Assembly: GCF_030028105.1 (NCBI RefSeq)
Contig: NC_092379.1
Coordinates: forward strand, 27,149,821 to 27,213,820
Direction of reading: 5' to 3'
Source: Mobula birostris
Taxonomy: Eukaryota
DNA length: 64,000 nucleotides
Shown: positions 1 to 11,617 of the stretch, piece by piece
Numbering within the stretch: the first letter of the stretch is position 1
Layout of the letters: every line of letters starts with the position of its first letter
Made by a program: the position numbers and the translations under genes
The notes under the pieces: model-generated
What the model was told of the DNA's origin: nothing
Seen by the model: only the letters and a program-made list of their open reading frames with translations
The model's database searches: none

Positions 1-1724
1 ATGGCTGTCTTGCAGAAAGAACAGTCTTTGAACTGAGGGGATCGAAGCCCAGAGTTGTACTGAGCTTGCTAAATTAATCGAAATTATCTAATTTATGAAG
101 AACACAGGAAGTTATCAGAGACAAAAGAGAGAGCCATCAACTAATAATGCTTACAGCCCTGTGCCCATGGGAAGCTGACTCTCGACAATCCGATAGGCTT
201 CGAAAAAAGACTTCTAAAGATTGTGCTCATATAAAAGATTAGAGTAGAGAAGTTTGAGAATACTGGAAGCGACAATTTAGGAACGCATCATCGCAGAAGT
301 AGATGACCAAATTTGCAAGCGTGAAGATTACTCTGGGCTCAAGATTAATAACTGGCTAACTTAGACTCATTTTTACTGCTGTTACCTTTTCTATTCTTTC
401 ATTGAGCACGTAGGGTCAAGGAAACCCTGTGGTTGCGCGCACATTCATATAGCTTTGTGAATTCAGGTGTTTGCTCCTAACTGCAACAACAAAATAATTT
501 GTCAGGTAGTACGCAATCTCTCTGTGATGTTAATGATAAAACACCAGTGAAAATCCACTCCTATATTTTATGTTTTATGGTTTATGATAGCCAGCCATTT
601 TGTTGAGAGCTGATATCAGTAATACCTGTGTTCATATCTTTGAGAAATAAAGATCCATTTTCCACACTTCTGCAGGTTTCCATGCAAGAAGATTTTGTGT
701 AAATTCTCTTGCGAGTAGTTGTGGTGTTCCTACTGTTCAGTGCTCTGAGGTTTGGAGGCTTGCTATGCGGCTGTGTGAATTTATTCGGAGTTCGCTTGTT
801 TTGTCCCGTCTCACCACATCACTCTGCCAACATCTGTCAGTGTGTGGGATAGTTAGCCAATAGAAATTCCTTTGGTGTATGTACAGGGCTGAAACTGAAG
901 AGCTGTTGTAAACTTAGCAGGGTCAACGTCGAATAAATGTTAAGTATTAAGATGTCCTGGAAGATGACAGCAAAACGAGACAATAAATGAACGAGATTGG
1001 TTGTCGATTTTGAATTGAAAGTCTTCAGTTTCCGAAAGCTAGCCTAATTGTGGCCCTTCTGTGACACCAATGATTTGGTGTTTTTCGGCAGTTTAGCAAA
1101 TCTTAGATTTGGGGGGAAAAATGGCTTACTAAAGGCGTAAGAAGTAGACGTGCTAATATAAGGATACACAGCTGGGATCATCGTAATGAACAGGTGCACG
1201 AGAACTTGTCTATCTTTTTTTTTGCAATAAAGCCAGAGGATTGAGTATTTTCTTCCAGCTTCCCTCGGTGTTTTTTTCCCCGAAAGTTTTGGCATGCTGT
1301 CTCTCTTTCAGACGGCAGAGCATAGTTCACTCGATACTATATGCTCTCCTTTATCAATTTATTGATCCAGTAGGTGCACGGACATTTGTTTTCCCGAGCA
1401 TACCCCACGGTGCTTACATGGTGGATTATCAAGGAATGCAATTTTATATGATTGGATTAGATTGAACGCAATATTTTGAAGGTGTTCGGAAATATGCATG
1501 TGTCTCTTCGAGTTTTTTATAAGGTAAATGCTTACCAATTGCATTGAGGTTGGGAAGAATTCGTAATATTGTGGCAAGTATCCCTTGTTATCTCCTATAT
1601 TAATCTGTGTTTACTTTCTTTAAATTTTCTGAAAATTCCTTTAACATCGCTCGTGGCAAAAAGCTTGTGGACTGTTCTCGTCATCGGGATCAGTGAGTGT
1701 AGGATCTCAGTTTTATCGGCATTG

Positions 1725-2545
1725 TGTCACAACCATGGATTCGGCAACGTACAGGAACGCAGAACACGAACGCAGAGCCTTGGTCGAGGGAGAACAGGAA
1801 CGCAGAGCCTTGGTCGTGGGAGAACAGGAACGCAGAACCTTGGTTGAGTGAGAACAGGAACACAGAGCCTTGGCCGTGAGAGAACAGGAAAATGGAACAC
1901 AGAGCCGGGACCCCTCCATGGGAACAGGACTTGGGGCATAGAGTCAGGACCCCTCCTAGGGAGCAGGACTTAGGGCCAAGGCTCATACACAGAACACTGA
2001 GAGACAGATCACCTCTCAAGGTAGCGGTAAACGGCCGGACCTACCCAGCGGAGGGGAGAGCACAAAGAGGCGGTTACTAACACAAGGTAGCGGCAAACTG
2101 CCGCACCTACATAGCGAAGGCGTGGACACAGGGACACTTCCCAACTCAGTTACCGGCAAACGGTCGGTCCTACCTAGCGAAGGCGAGAACACAAAGGAAC
2201 AATTCCAAACAACCAAAGACAATTCCTTAACTAGACCCAGCAAGGACCCGGTCTAGCCCTGGCGGTTGTAACTGACGGCGTTACAGGCGAGGGCACAGGC
2301 GAAGATAGCAGGGGAGGCTTCAGGCGAATGTAGCAGTCGAGGCTTCAGAAGCAAGGGGAAGGGGAGGGAGCAGTCCAGCAAATAAAGCTGAACCCATGAG
2401 CTATTTATGTCGCCAGCGCAAAATGAGAATCATGTGCTTGAATTTCGACACCCAACAGAACAACTGAAAACCGCAAAACCCGGAATAAGGATCGATGGAC
2501 CGGTCCCTGAAACGAAATGCGGACTTTGAGGACCGGACCATGACA
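1725..2545 (-). mobile_element. Solo-LTR-like element (TGTCA...TGACA termini), probably Gypsy-type
   Basis: Inverted termini TGTCAC at 1725 and TGACA at 2541-2545. Minus-strand TATA-like ATAAATAG near 2401-2408. Same family in opposite orientation at 20273 and duplicated at 42356-43092. No clear TSD. Confidence 0.6.
1761..1890 (+). repeat. 30-bp minisatellite, 4.3 units (agaacaggaacgcagagccttggtcgtggg)
   Basis: Units start at 1761, 1791, 1821 and 1851, with a partial unit at 1881. Confidence 0.9.
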
Positions 2546-2739
2546 CTGATTGCATAACCGACAGACTCACTGTAATAATAACTCGTATCCGCAGTAATTT
2601 CTTTTTAATTTGCTCCTGTTGTCTTCTTTTACACGCTAGTTGCGTGCCTGTCTGTAGTTAAGCATATTTAACTATTTATTGTCTGATTATCTGCGACAGC
2701 ACCATCTACAACTAGTAAATTTAACGGCTACCAGGCCGT

Positions 2740-4262
2740 TTTGGAGAGATTCTGTAGCTGGAGAGTTTGCAGAGACATTAATAATGATCTATCAAGAATC
2801 AATAGATTCTGGCAAGTATGGGATGACTTGATAATTGCAAATGTCACTCTGCATTTCAAGAATGGTGGGAAGCATCAGAGCGGAAACGATAGATCAGTAA
2901 CCCTCATTGGAAAATTGTTGTAACCGATAGTAGCGATCAGGTGACCGAGTACCTGGAGGCACATGATAAGGTACGCCAAAATCAGCATGGTTTCCTGAAA
3001 GGAAGTCCTGCCTGAGTAACCTGCTGCATTTTTGGGGGAAAATTATAAACAGGGCAGAGAAAGGAGAAGCAATGCCTGCGGTGTACTTGGATTTTCAGAA
3101 GGGTTTTGACAAGGTTCCGCACAAGAGGCTGCTTAGCAAGGTAAGAGCCCATGGAATTACACGGAAGTTACTAGCATGGGTGTAGCATTTGTTGATCGGC
3201 ATAAAACAGACAGTGGAATTACAGGGATCCTCTTCTGGCTGGTTGCCTGTTGCCAACAGAGTTCCACAGGGGTCGGTGTTAGGAAACCCTGCTTTCTCTG
3301 ACGTATGTCAATGATTTGGACTATGGGATTAATCGACTTGTGCCGAAGCTTACCGATGATACAAGGGTAGGTGGAGGAGCGGATGACATGAAACAGAGTC
3401 TGCAGAGAGACTGAGGTAGTTAGTGTAATAGGCAAAGAGGTGGCAAATGAAATACAATGTTGGAAAGTTTGGTTGAAGTAAAAAACCGACAGACTATTAT
3501 TTAGATGGAGAGAGAATTCAAAACGCAGAGAGACCAAGGGACTTGGTGGTTCTTATGCAGCGACCCGAAAGGTTAACCTCCAGTTTGAGTCGGTGGTGAA
3601 GAAGGCGAATGCAATTTTGACATTCGTTTCTTGAGGTACAGATTATAAGAGCAGGGATGTGATGTTAAGGCTCTATATGGCATTCGTGAGGCGACATTTG
3701 GAGTATTGTGAGCAGTTTTAGGCTCCACCTTATTTTAGAGAGGATATACTGACATTGGAGAGGGTTCAGAGAAAATTCACGAGAATAATTCCAGGAATGA
3801 AAGGGTTACCATAAGAGGAACGTCTGGCAGCTCTTGGGCTGTATTTCCTGGAATTCAGGAGAATGAGACGGGATCCTGTCGAAACATTCCGATTGCTGAA
3901 AGACCTGGACAGATTAGATATGGTACAGTTATTTCTCATGGTAGGGGAGTCTTGGACAAGAGGGCAGGATTGAAGGACGTCCATTTAGAACAGAGGTGCG
4001 GAGAAATTCCTTTAGTCTGAGGCTGAAAAATCAGTGGATTTTTTTTTCCACGAGCGTCTATGGAGACTAAGTCATTGAGTGCATTTAAGCCAGATATAGA
4101 GAGGTTCCTGATTAACCAGGGAATTTCAAAGTTATGGGGAAAAGGCAGGCGAGTTGGGATGACTCGAAAAATTGGATCAGCCAAGACAGAGTGACGTAGT
4201 AGACCTTATGGGCTGAATGACCTGCTTCTGCTCCTATATCTTACGGTCTTATGGTCTTATCC
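2740..4262 (+). mobile_element. CR1 LINE 3' fragment (decayed RT and 3' UTR)
   Basis: Decayed RT motifs (VYLDFQKGFDKVPHKRLLSKVRAHGI; VPQGSVLG). Ends in a short tandem tail (cttacggtcttatggtcttat). Confidence 0.9.
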
Positions 4263-4822
4263 TTATTTAGTGTTAGACATAATTTTGTTCTCGAAACCTG
4301 TATGTCAATTAAGGAAAAAAAAAAAGGATAAGATTGCGGATGGCCGAAGGGATGGGCCTGGTATTATATAGCCCAGTTTTTCATCCTTGACTCAAAACAA
4401 CAGGCTATAGGCTTAAGTGGGGACAACGCATGCTAACGGAGAAATGAATGATAAGTGTTGTTATGAAACATAGGATGTGGGCTTATATCTTTAACTTGCA
4501 GGCAAAGACGCTCATGTAAACTCGTTGACTTATTGTCTTTCAGGTACATAATTTGGCAAAGGGAAGTGGGTGTATCCGCAACACTGAAAGATTCGGTTGG
4601 GCGAGATAGTATTCGGCAAAAATTCAGTTTTAATTACCGAATACCTATTGAGTCAATGTCAACTGACGCTTTATCGTTATCCTGGTTGAATATGTACTGT
4701 ATGTCTCCTTAAACTACTCGTAATTTTGTGGTACCTCAATTCAAGAAAGCACCTTCTTTTTTTTTTCGACTGTAATAGATGGGAACGTACCAAATACATG
4801 TTTTCTTCTATGTGATTCGACG

Positions 4823-5042
4823 ATGTCACTTCCGATTCTTCCATACTTGTATACAGTTCAAACTATTGCACAGAAGATGTAATGTACGTGTGGTCTGGTG
4901 TAATCTACCACGACTGAATTGATTGGTTGAACTGAGGAACAAAGAGTGTAAGGAGGGACTGGGCGGCTAAATGAACTGAGTTGATTGTAGGTGTTGGAGA
5001 AGAAAAGAGATTTGTGCTTAATGTTTGCGACCAGTAATATAA
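4823..5042 (+). promoter_or_regulatory. Putative V1 promoter: ETS-CRE-like ATGTCACTTCCG (4823-4834), inverted CCAAT (ATTGG ~4924), GCGACCAGTAATATAA TATA-like element (5027-5042)
   Basis: Motifs recur at equivalent positions upstream of all V1- and V2-type leaders. Function is inferred. Confidence 0.55.
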
Positions 5043-5145
5043 CCAGAAGAGAAGAGAGACATCGCACTCCTTAGGAATTTCTAAACAACGCCTTCTTTGC
5101 TAGTGAGATAAGTTCGGTTGAAATTCTTAGTCAGTGGATAGAGAC

Positions 5146-5996
5146 ATGTTGTTTCGATCTGTATATTCGTTTCTTATTGCAGCAGTATTCTTGCTTGGTA
5201 AGTTTCTGGCGGTCGAACATTGCGGCTCTCATCTATGCAGTGTAGCTTAATGTATCAGTCAATACCCAAAATACAATGTTGAGAAGGATCAGGAATCCCG
5301 TCAGATGAGCAGAAAAGGTCTGCGGCTCCACTTATTCTCTAACTTGCATTATAATGCTTGAGGGGAGTTTAGAAGAAGATTATGGCTGAGTCGATTGCTG
5401 CTGCTGACATCATGACTTTTCCCGCTAGAAAGTAATGGAGAACTGCACACACGCTAATAGAAGAGGTTGGAAAGATTTTTGTTTTTACTCATTTTCTTTT
5501 ATTTTTAATAATTGAATGGAATTGATCATATCCCTTTTCCTGGTATACCCACAAATCTCTGTGGGATGGATATTTATAACTGATATCTCCCCACCCGCGA
5601 CGCATGTCAGTAGGAGAGATCAAAAGGCGATCCGAAGTGTGCGTTCTGCAGGATGTGATTGCTTGTTTGAAATATGTTTTGGAATCTTTCAGGATATGTT
5701 CGAGGCGATGCTGTTTTTCAGACACCTGCAACGGCCACAGTGATTGAAGGGATTGACGCGTTGTTGAACTGTAGCTATACTACAACGGCAAGCGATTTTG
5801 CATTACTCTGGTACCGTCAGTATCCCGGCGGATCTCCGGAGTTCCTTTTGATACGGACGAATTACGGCAGTAATCAAAATGAAATTCCAGGCCAACGTTT
5901 CACAGCGCAGCTGGATGTTTCGACGGCAACTGTCCCACTGACTGTGTCCGAGGCACAAGTAAGAGATACGGCCATATATTTCTGCGCTCTGAGCCA
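5146..5996 (+). CDS. TCR alpha/delta-type V segment V1 (leader exon 5146-5197, intron 5198-5692, V exon 5693-5996)
   Basis: Leader MLFRSVYSFLIAAVFLLG ends in a phase-1 G|GTAAGT donor; acceptor ttctag-like tttcAG at 5691-5692. V domain DAVFQTP...LNC...WYRQYPGGSPEFLL...YFCALS has both conserved Cys and Trp. Open frame, followed by an RSS. Confidence 0.93.
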
Positions 5997-6035
5997 CACA
6001 AAGGCAAAGACCCTATCTGTGATTGTACAAAAACT
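5997..6035 (+). other. 23-RSS of V1 (CACAAAG - 23 nt - ACAAAAACT)
   Basis: Heptamer 5997-6003, spacer 6004-6026 counted as 23 nt, nonamer 6027-6035. Confidence 0.92.
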
Positions 6036-6837
6036 ACTTGTTCTCCCTAGAGCCATCCGGTTGTAACTGCAGCTTTGCATGCAGCATCAAATCTTAGCTG
6101 ATTCCTGTAATTATGGCAATAATAACATATATTTCGTCATTATTATTCAGATTTAAATATACCGATCCAATCAGTTTCAACAGGTTACGTCTGAATCTGC
6201 CCTCGTGCGCATCGTGTAGGATAATTCTAATGCAGTTTTTGAAAGAGCTAAAGAAAACCCACCCAACCGTTGTTGTTTAACGTTTGTCTTAAACGAGCAT
6301 ATTTGTTTGTTTGAACTGTAATTTCTTTGGTATAGCAAGATAGAAGCGTTTGGCATGTTGAATCAGCTTCGCTGGTCTGATAATTGTTCGAATAGGTTTG
6401 TTGATCATTTGTTTATAAACAATAAACATTTTACAAAGCATTGATTTTCCCCAATTTACAACCAGTACAAAGCTGAATATTAAACAACTGTACAAACATT
6501 CAACAGACGTATTGGCTAAAAGTGCCCATAGAGTTTACCTTCCGCATCATCATGGGCATCCTGGCCCTAAACAAAAGAAGAAGAGTGCAGCTCCTTCCAC
6601 ATATGTTTTTATATTAACAAGACATTTGAAACTGAACAACAAGCAGCTATCCAATGGGAAAAACAGCTGCACCTTCTCAATTATCCAATCTCAACGGCAG
6701 CGCTTTTGAGTGTCAGAATAATACACTCCCGCACAGGGCCACACACTCCTCTGAACATGCGAAAGAGATCATCCCACCCTCTGACTATTAAGAATCTCAC
6801 TAAATCCTAAGTTCTACATGAAAAAACAAAAGTACGC

Positions 6838-6938
6838 ATCAGAATCAGAATCAGTTTTATTATCGCCAGCAAGTGACTTAACATTTGATAATTTTGCAGC
6901 AGCAGTTCCATCCTGTAAGTAATGTTGAAGAAAAAAAC

Positions 6939-6977
<39 letters not shown>

Positions 6978-7262
6978 GTAATAGTAATTAATAATAAGTA
7001 AATCTGTAACAGTATACGCATATTGAATCGATTAAAAATCGTGCAAAATAACAAATAATAAGTATTTTTTTTCAAATTGAGGTATTGTCGAAGAGTTCAA
7101 TATCCCTTTAGGAATCGGGTGGCACTGGGGAAGAAGCTGCTGATGAATCGCTGAGGGTGTGCTTTCATGGTGCCGTACATCCCGCCTGATGTTAACAGCG
7201 AGAAAAGGGCACCCTGTGTGCTGGAGTTCTTTAATGATGGACGCTGTTCCTTGAATACAAAA
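6838..7262 (-). mobile_element. Rex1/Babar-like non-LTR retrotransposon 3' end
   Basis: (ATCAGA)n tail in reverse. The reverse strand encodes a decayed AASIIKDPxHPGHALFSLLPSG-type C-terminus. Paralog at 47386-47782. Confidence 0.7.
6939..6997. repeat. (ATA)n microsatellite
   Basis: Direct observation; shorter in copy B (~47488-47512). Confidence 0.95.
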
Positions 7263-8136
7263 CCCAGTACTGTAAAGCTAATAGTAACCTTCCAATAGTT
7301 TATACTAGTTCACCATCCTCACTGTGCCCGAAAAGACCAACAACCTTAACCTGGAGTGTAACAGCCAATGAGCTGATCTCCCACTTAATGTTAAACACTA
7401 TCTCTGATGTATGTTCACCCACTTTACATTCTGAGCGGTTAATCTAATGCAGCAGTTCCAGGAACAGTCCCTCTGTACTATTGTGAGAAACTCTATCAAT
7501 CAAAACATCATTGCTTCGTATAGCCCTGTTATCGACCAGCATGGGCGACGTATTTATTCAAACACTATTGTTGCATATGTACGGCACCAGGTATCAACTG
7601 CACAACCCTGTGTAAACAATTTCTTGGCCTCGGAACTGCATTGGCAATAAGACTCATACAGCTTTTAGCAAGTATCAAGCCTCTGTGCATAATTTGCAAT
7701 AGTAACAGTTAACCCAGTATAATGTTCCTGCTCACACGCCATCAATCATGCAACTGGTCGCTCTAATCACCATACCATCAAAACTCTGGCCAGTGGGAAT
7801 TCTCTTTATTAGTCAGAAAATTCCAATTAGACAAATGGTTTACTGGGAAAATACAACATCTCAAAACGCCCAACTCCCTTAAGACTGGTTTAGTAAGTTT
7901 GAGATTTGCAGCAAGAGGTTATTTTCTCCTCAGCTCCCGCAAAACAGAATAACAAAACACGAAAAGACAGATAACTTTCCACCAACAATCACAAAGTGAT
8001 CGATATAAGTGGCAAATGTTGGTATGTTGTAGGAATCTTCATGCAAATTCAACAATCTGACCTATTGCTCCACAGTGCAAATTCCATCGCCTTCCACAGG
8101 AATACATAACAGTATCATCAACCGCATGTCCTCATT

Positions 8137-9072
8137 CATAGAAACATAGAGAACTTACAGCACAATACAAGCCCTTCGGCCCACAAAGGTTTGCTGAATA
8201 TGTCCTGACATTAGAAGTAACCAGGGTTACCCACTGCACTCTATTTTTCTAAGCTAACAAGTACCTGTCCAAAAGTCTCTGAAAAGACCCAATAGTATTC
8301 GGTTCCACCACCGTTGCCGGCAGCCTATTCTACGCAATCACCACTCTCTGCGAAAAAATAAATAAAAACAACAACAAAAAAAAAAAATACCCTTAACACC
8401 TCCTTTCTACCTACACCCCAGCACGTTAAATTGTGCCCTCTTGTGGCAGACATTTCAGACCTGGGAAAAACCCTCTGACTATCCACACGATCAATGCCTC
8501 CCATCATCTTATACACCTCTATTAGGTCACCTCTCATCCTCCGTCGCTCCAACGAGAAGCGGCCGAGTTTACTTACTCTGTTTTCATAAGGCATGCGCCC
8601 CAATCTCCGCAACATCCTTGTAAATCTCCTCTGCACCCTTTCTATGATTTCCACATTCTTCCTGCAGTGAGGCGACCAGAACTGAGCACAGTACTCCATG
8701 TGGGGTCGGACCAGCGTCCTATGTAGCTGCAATATTACCTCTTGGCTCATAAATTCAATACCATGATTTATGAAGGTCAATACACCGAATGCCTTCTTAA
8801 CCACAGAGTCAACCTGTGCAGCTGCTTTGAGCGTCCTATTGACTCCGACCCCAAGATCCTTCTGATCTTCCACACCGCCAAGAGTCTTGCTATTAATACT
8901 ATAATCTGCCATCGTACTTGACCTACCAGAATGAATCACTTCATATTTATCTGGGTTGAACTCCATCTTCCACTTCTCAGCCCAGTTTTGCATCCTATCA
9001 ATGTCCCGCTGTAACTAACCTCTGACAGCCCTCCACACTATCCACATCACTCCCAACTTTTGTGTCATCAGC
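8137..9072 (-). mobile_element. CR1 LINE 3' fragment
   Basis: ORF 8325-8993 (MQNWAEKWKMEFNPDK...LVRPHMEYCAQFWSPH...RGDLIEVYK). CATAGAAA tail at 8137. Present in all three cassette copies. Confidence 0.92.
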
Positions 9073-11312
9073 ACTTTGAAATTCTGTAATGTAGGGGGCA
9101 CAACTGCAGTCGCTCCTGATTAGTCGCTGGAAATACAGAAAAGACACACAAAAAAAATTGAACTACGACAATTACTTTCCAAATGTTCAGTTCCCACTAA
9201 ATGTGGTCATATGTGCTTAAATAGAGGAAGAAGAGAGCAAGCGTCTTCCGTGTGCTGTGTTATATACCCACTATCTTTGAAACGGGACAGCATGCACATA
9301 TCCTTTCGGAAAATTGCGGTACCTTCTAAAGTAACTAGTCACAACGGAAACAGTTGTAATGAATCAAAATAAGGCACTTCCCCACAGGACATAAGTGCAT
9401 CAACACTTTCTGTGGAAGGAACTGGCTTTGTCCCGTATATGCTGTTGTGCAGCAGTCTCGGTTGTTTCCGCTCTTTTATGTCCAATAAAAGTGAATTTTA
9501 ACCCCATTTTTGAAGTTATTGTTTGATATCATCTAACTTTAACTTCTAGTCTGCAACAGCAAACTGTATTCAGAAACAGCAAACTAATCTTGCAGGATTG
9601 TTAGTCCGCTCTCAGTGGTGACAAGCTGATGAGTGCACTGGAAACGGAGGAATATGAATTTTAAGTCGTAGTTCAATACATTAAGTCAGTAAGATGATGA
9701 GATATTTTGAAGACGCAGCATAATTTTGCTAAATACGGCCCAGCTGATTGATAATGCGAACGGGAAATAATTATTTGCAGTAACACCACACACGGTTTGT
9801 ATTCACAACCAGGTGCTTTGAAAATATGAACCAGCGGCTGAGCCACCTGCAGCCGAAGTGTGACCGGTCAGAGGAAAATGGTGGTGTTGCAATAATAGCG
9901 GTGATAAGCTTTCTGTTCCTATAACATGGCTGAATATTATGATCTATCAATGTTGCTGTGATATGAACACTCCAAGACCATTGATAAGTGTAGGATTACA
10001 ACATAGTCGAAGATCCTGCTCATTGTGGAATATCTGGTAAGAACCTAAATGAAGGGATATCCTGAGGTTATATGGACTTTGTCTGTGGAGAAATTGCACA
10101 AGAAAATTGTAGAAGGTGAAGAGTGATTCTCATTAAAAAGTAACTCGATAATATAAACACTAAATTGTCCCAGGTTTGCTGATTAAGTCGAGGCAAAGCT
10201 TTGTGCATGCAAGTTTGTTACTTCACAGATGTAAGTGTGGGAAATGTTGAGCGTTCGCAACTGCAGAGTACATTCTACTCCAACAGCAGTTACATGGACT
10301 TGCCAAAGGACAGCCACTGTCAAGGACATGCTTGTTTCATTCTTTGATGGCGAATAATTCTGCAGTCATAAGAACCACACCAGCGAAATAAAGAAAAGCC
10401 GAAAGGTTATTGCCCTGTAGCCATTTTGCTCCTGAGTGAACGTGGAAAACTTCACTGATCTCAGTCCTGAGCTGATTGCACAACCGACAGACTCACTTTA
10501 ATGATAATTCGTTGTCGCAGCGTGTTCGTTTTAAACTGCGCGTGTTATCTTCTTTTTGCACTTTTGTTGCGTGCCCGTCTATAGTTACGTATATTATAAT
10601 TAATGTATTGCAATTATTTTTTTCTTGATTATCATGACATCACTATCTACCATTATTAAATTTAACGGCTACCAGGGCTTTGTAACTTAATTTTAGATAA
10701 AATTTATTTGTGGAACCTTCATGTCAAATATAGCAAGAAAACGATACTTTTGCGAAGGGTCAATGAGGTGAGCCGGCACATAAATTATCCAGTAAATACA
10801 TTTTTCCATCCTTGACTTTTAGAAAAAAAAAACAGGGCTTAGGTTTACTTTGACAGGATATATGTTAATCGAGAAATTAATGCTGAATACCTCTATAAAA
10901 ACAGGAAGTGGTTTATATCTCTAACTTTCTCACAAAGAGATACATGTAAAGATGTTCAATTATTCTGTTTCGGGTGCATGAATTGGCGAAGGGAAATGGG
11001 TGTATCCACAACGTAGAAAGAGGAGGTAGAGCGAGAAGAGGCTCGACAGAAATTCCGTTTTCATTGCTGAAAAATTTATTGGACCCATGGCAAGTGACTT
11101 TTTTTTTTTTTTTTACCGGTGTACTGCTTGAGCACTATAAACAGGAAGGAGACGTCAACAAAGGACAAAAAAATAGACATATAGTGAATTGTGTGATATG
11201 GGTCCTTCGTATTTTCGCAAATGTTCCATTACTCACTTCGACATATAACTCCTATGTTTAGAATTTACACAATGGAAACATACCAATTACATATTTTCCA
11301 CGTCACACTACG

Positions 11313-11536
11313 ATGTCGCTTCCGATTCTTCCATCTTTGCCTAATTACCTTACATGCAGCTCAACGCTTTGCACGGAAGTTGTAATGGAGGTCAGATCGA
11401 GCCTTATCTGTCAGTAAAGAATTGATTGGTTGTACTGATAAACAAAGAAGTAGTGACGTATTGCAACGATTCAGTTGATTGGGGGTGTTGGAAAAGCAAG
11501 GAGCTTTGTGCTTATTGGAAGCGACCAATAATATAA
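11313..11536 (+). promoter_or_regulatory. Putative V2 promoter (ATGTCGCTTCCG 11313-11324; CGGAAGT; ATTGG boxes; GCGACCAATAATATAA 11521-11536)
   Basis: Homologous to the V1 upstream motifs. Confidence 0.55.
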
Positions 11537-11617
11537 CAGTACACACCTTCCGAATTTCTAATTAGAACTTCCTTAACAATAAGATTATTTCAGTTGCAAT
11601 TCATAGGCTGTGCAGAC

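Noticed and set aside
1761-1890. CRISPR-like regular repeats
   Set aside because: Head-to-tail minisatellite without spacers, in a vertebrate LTR.
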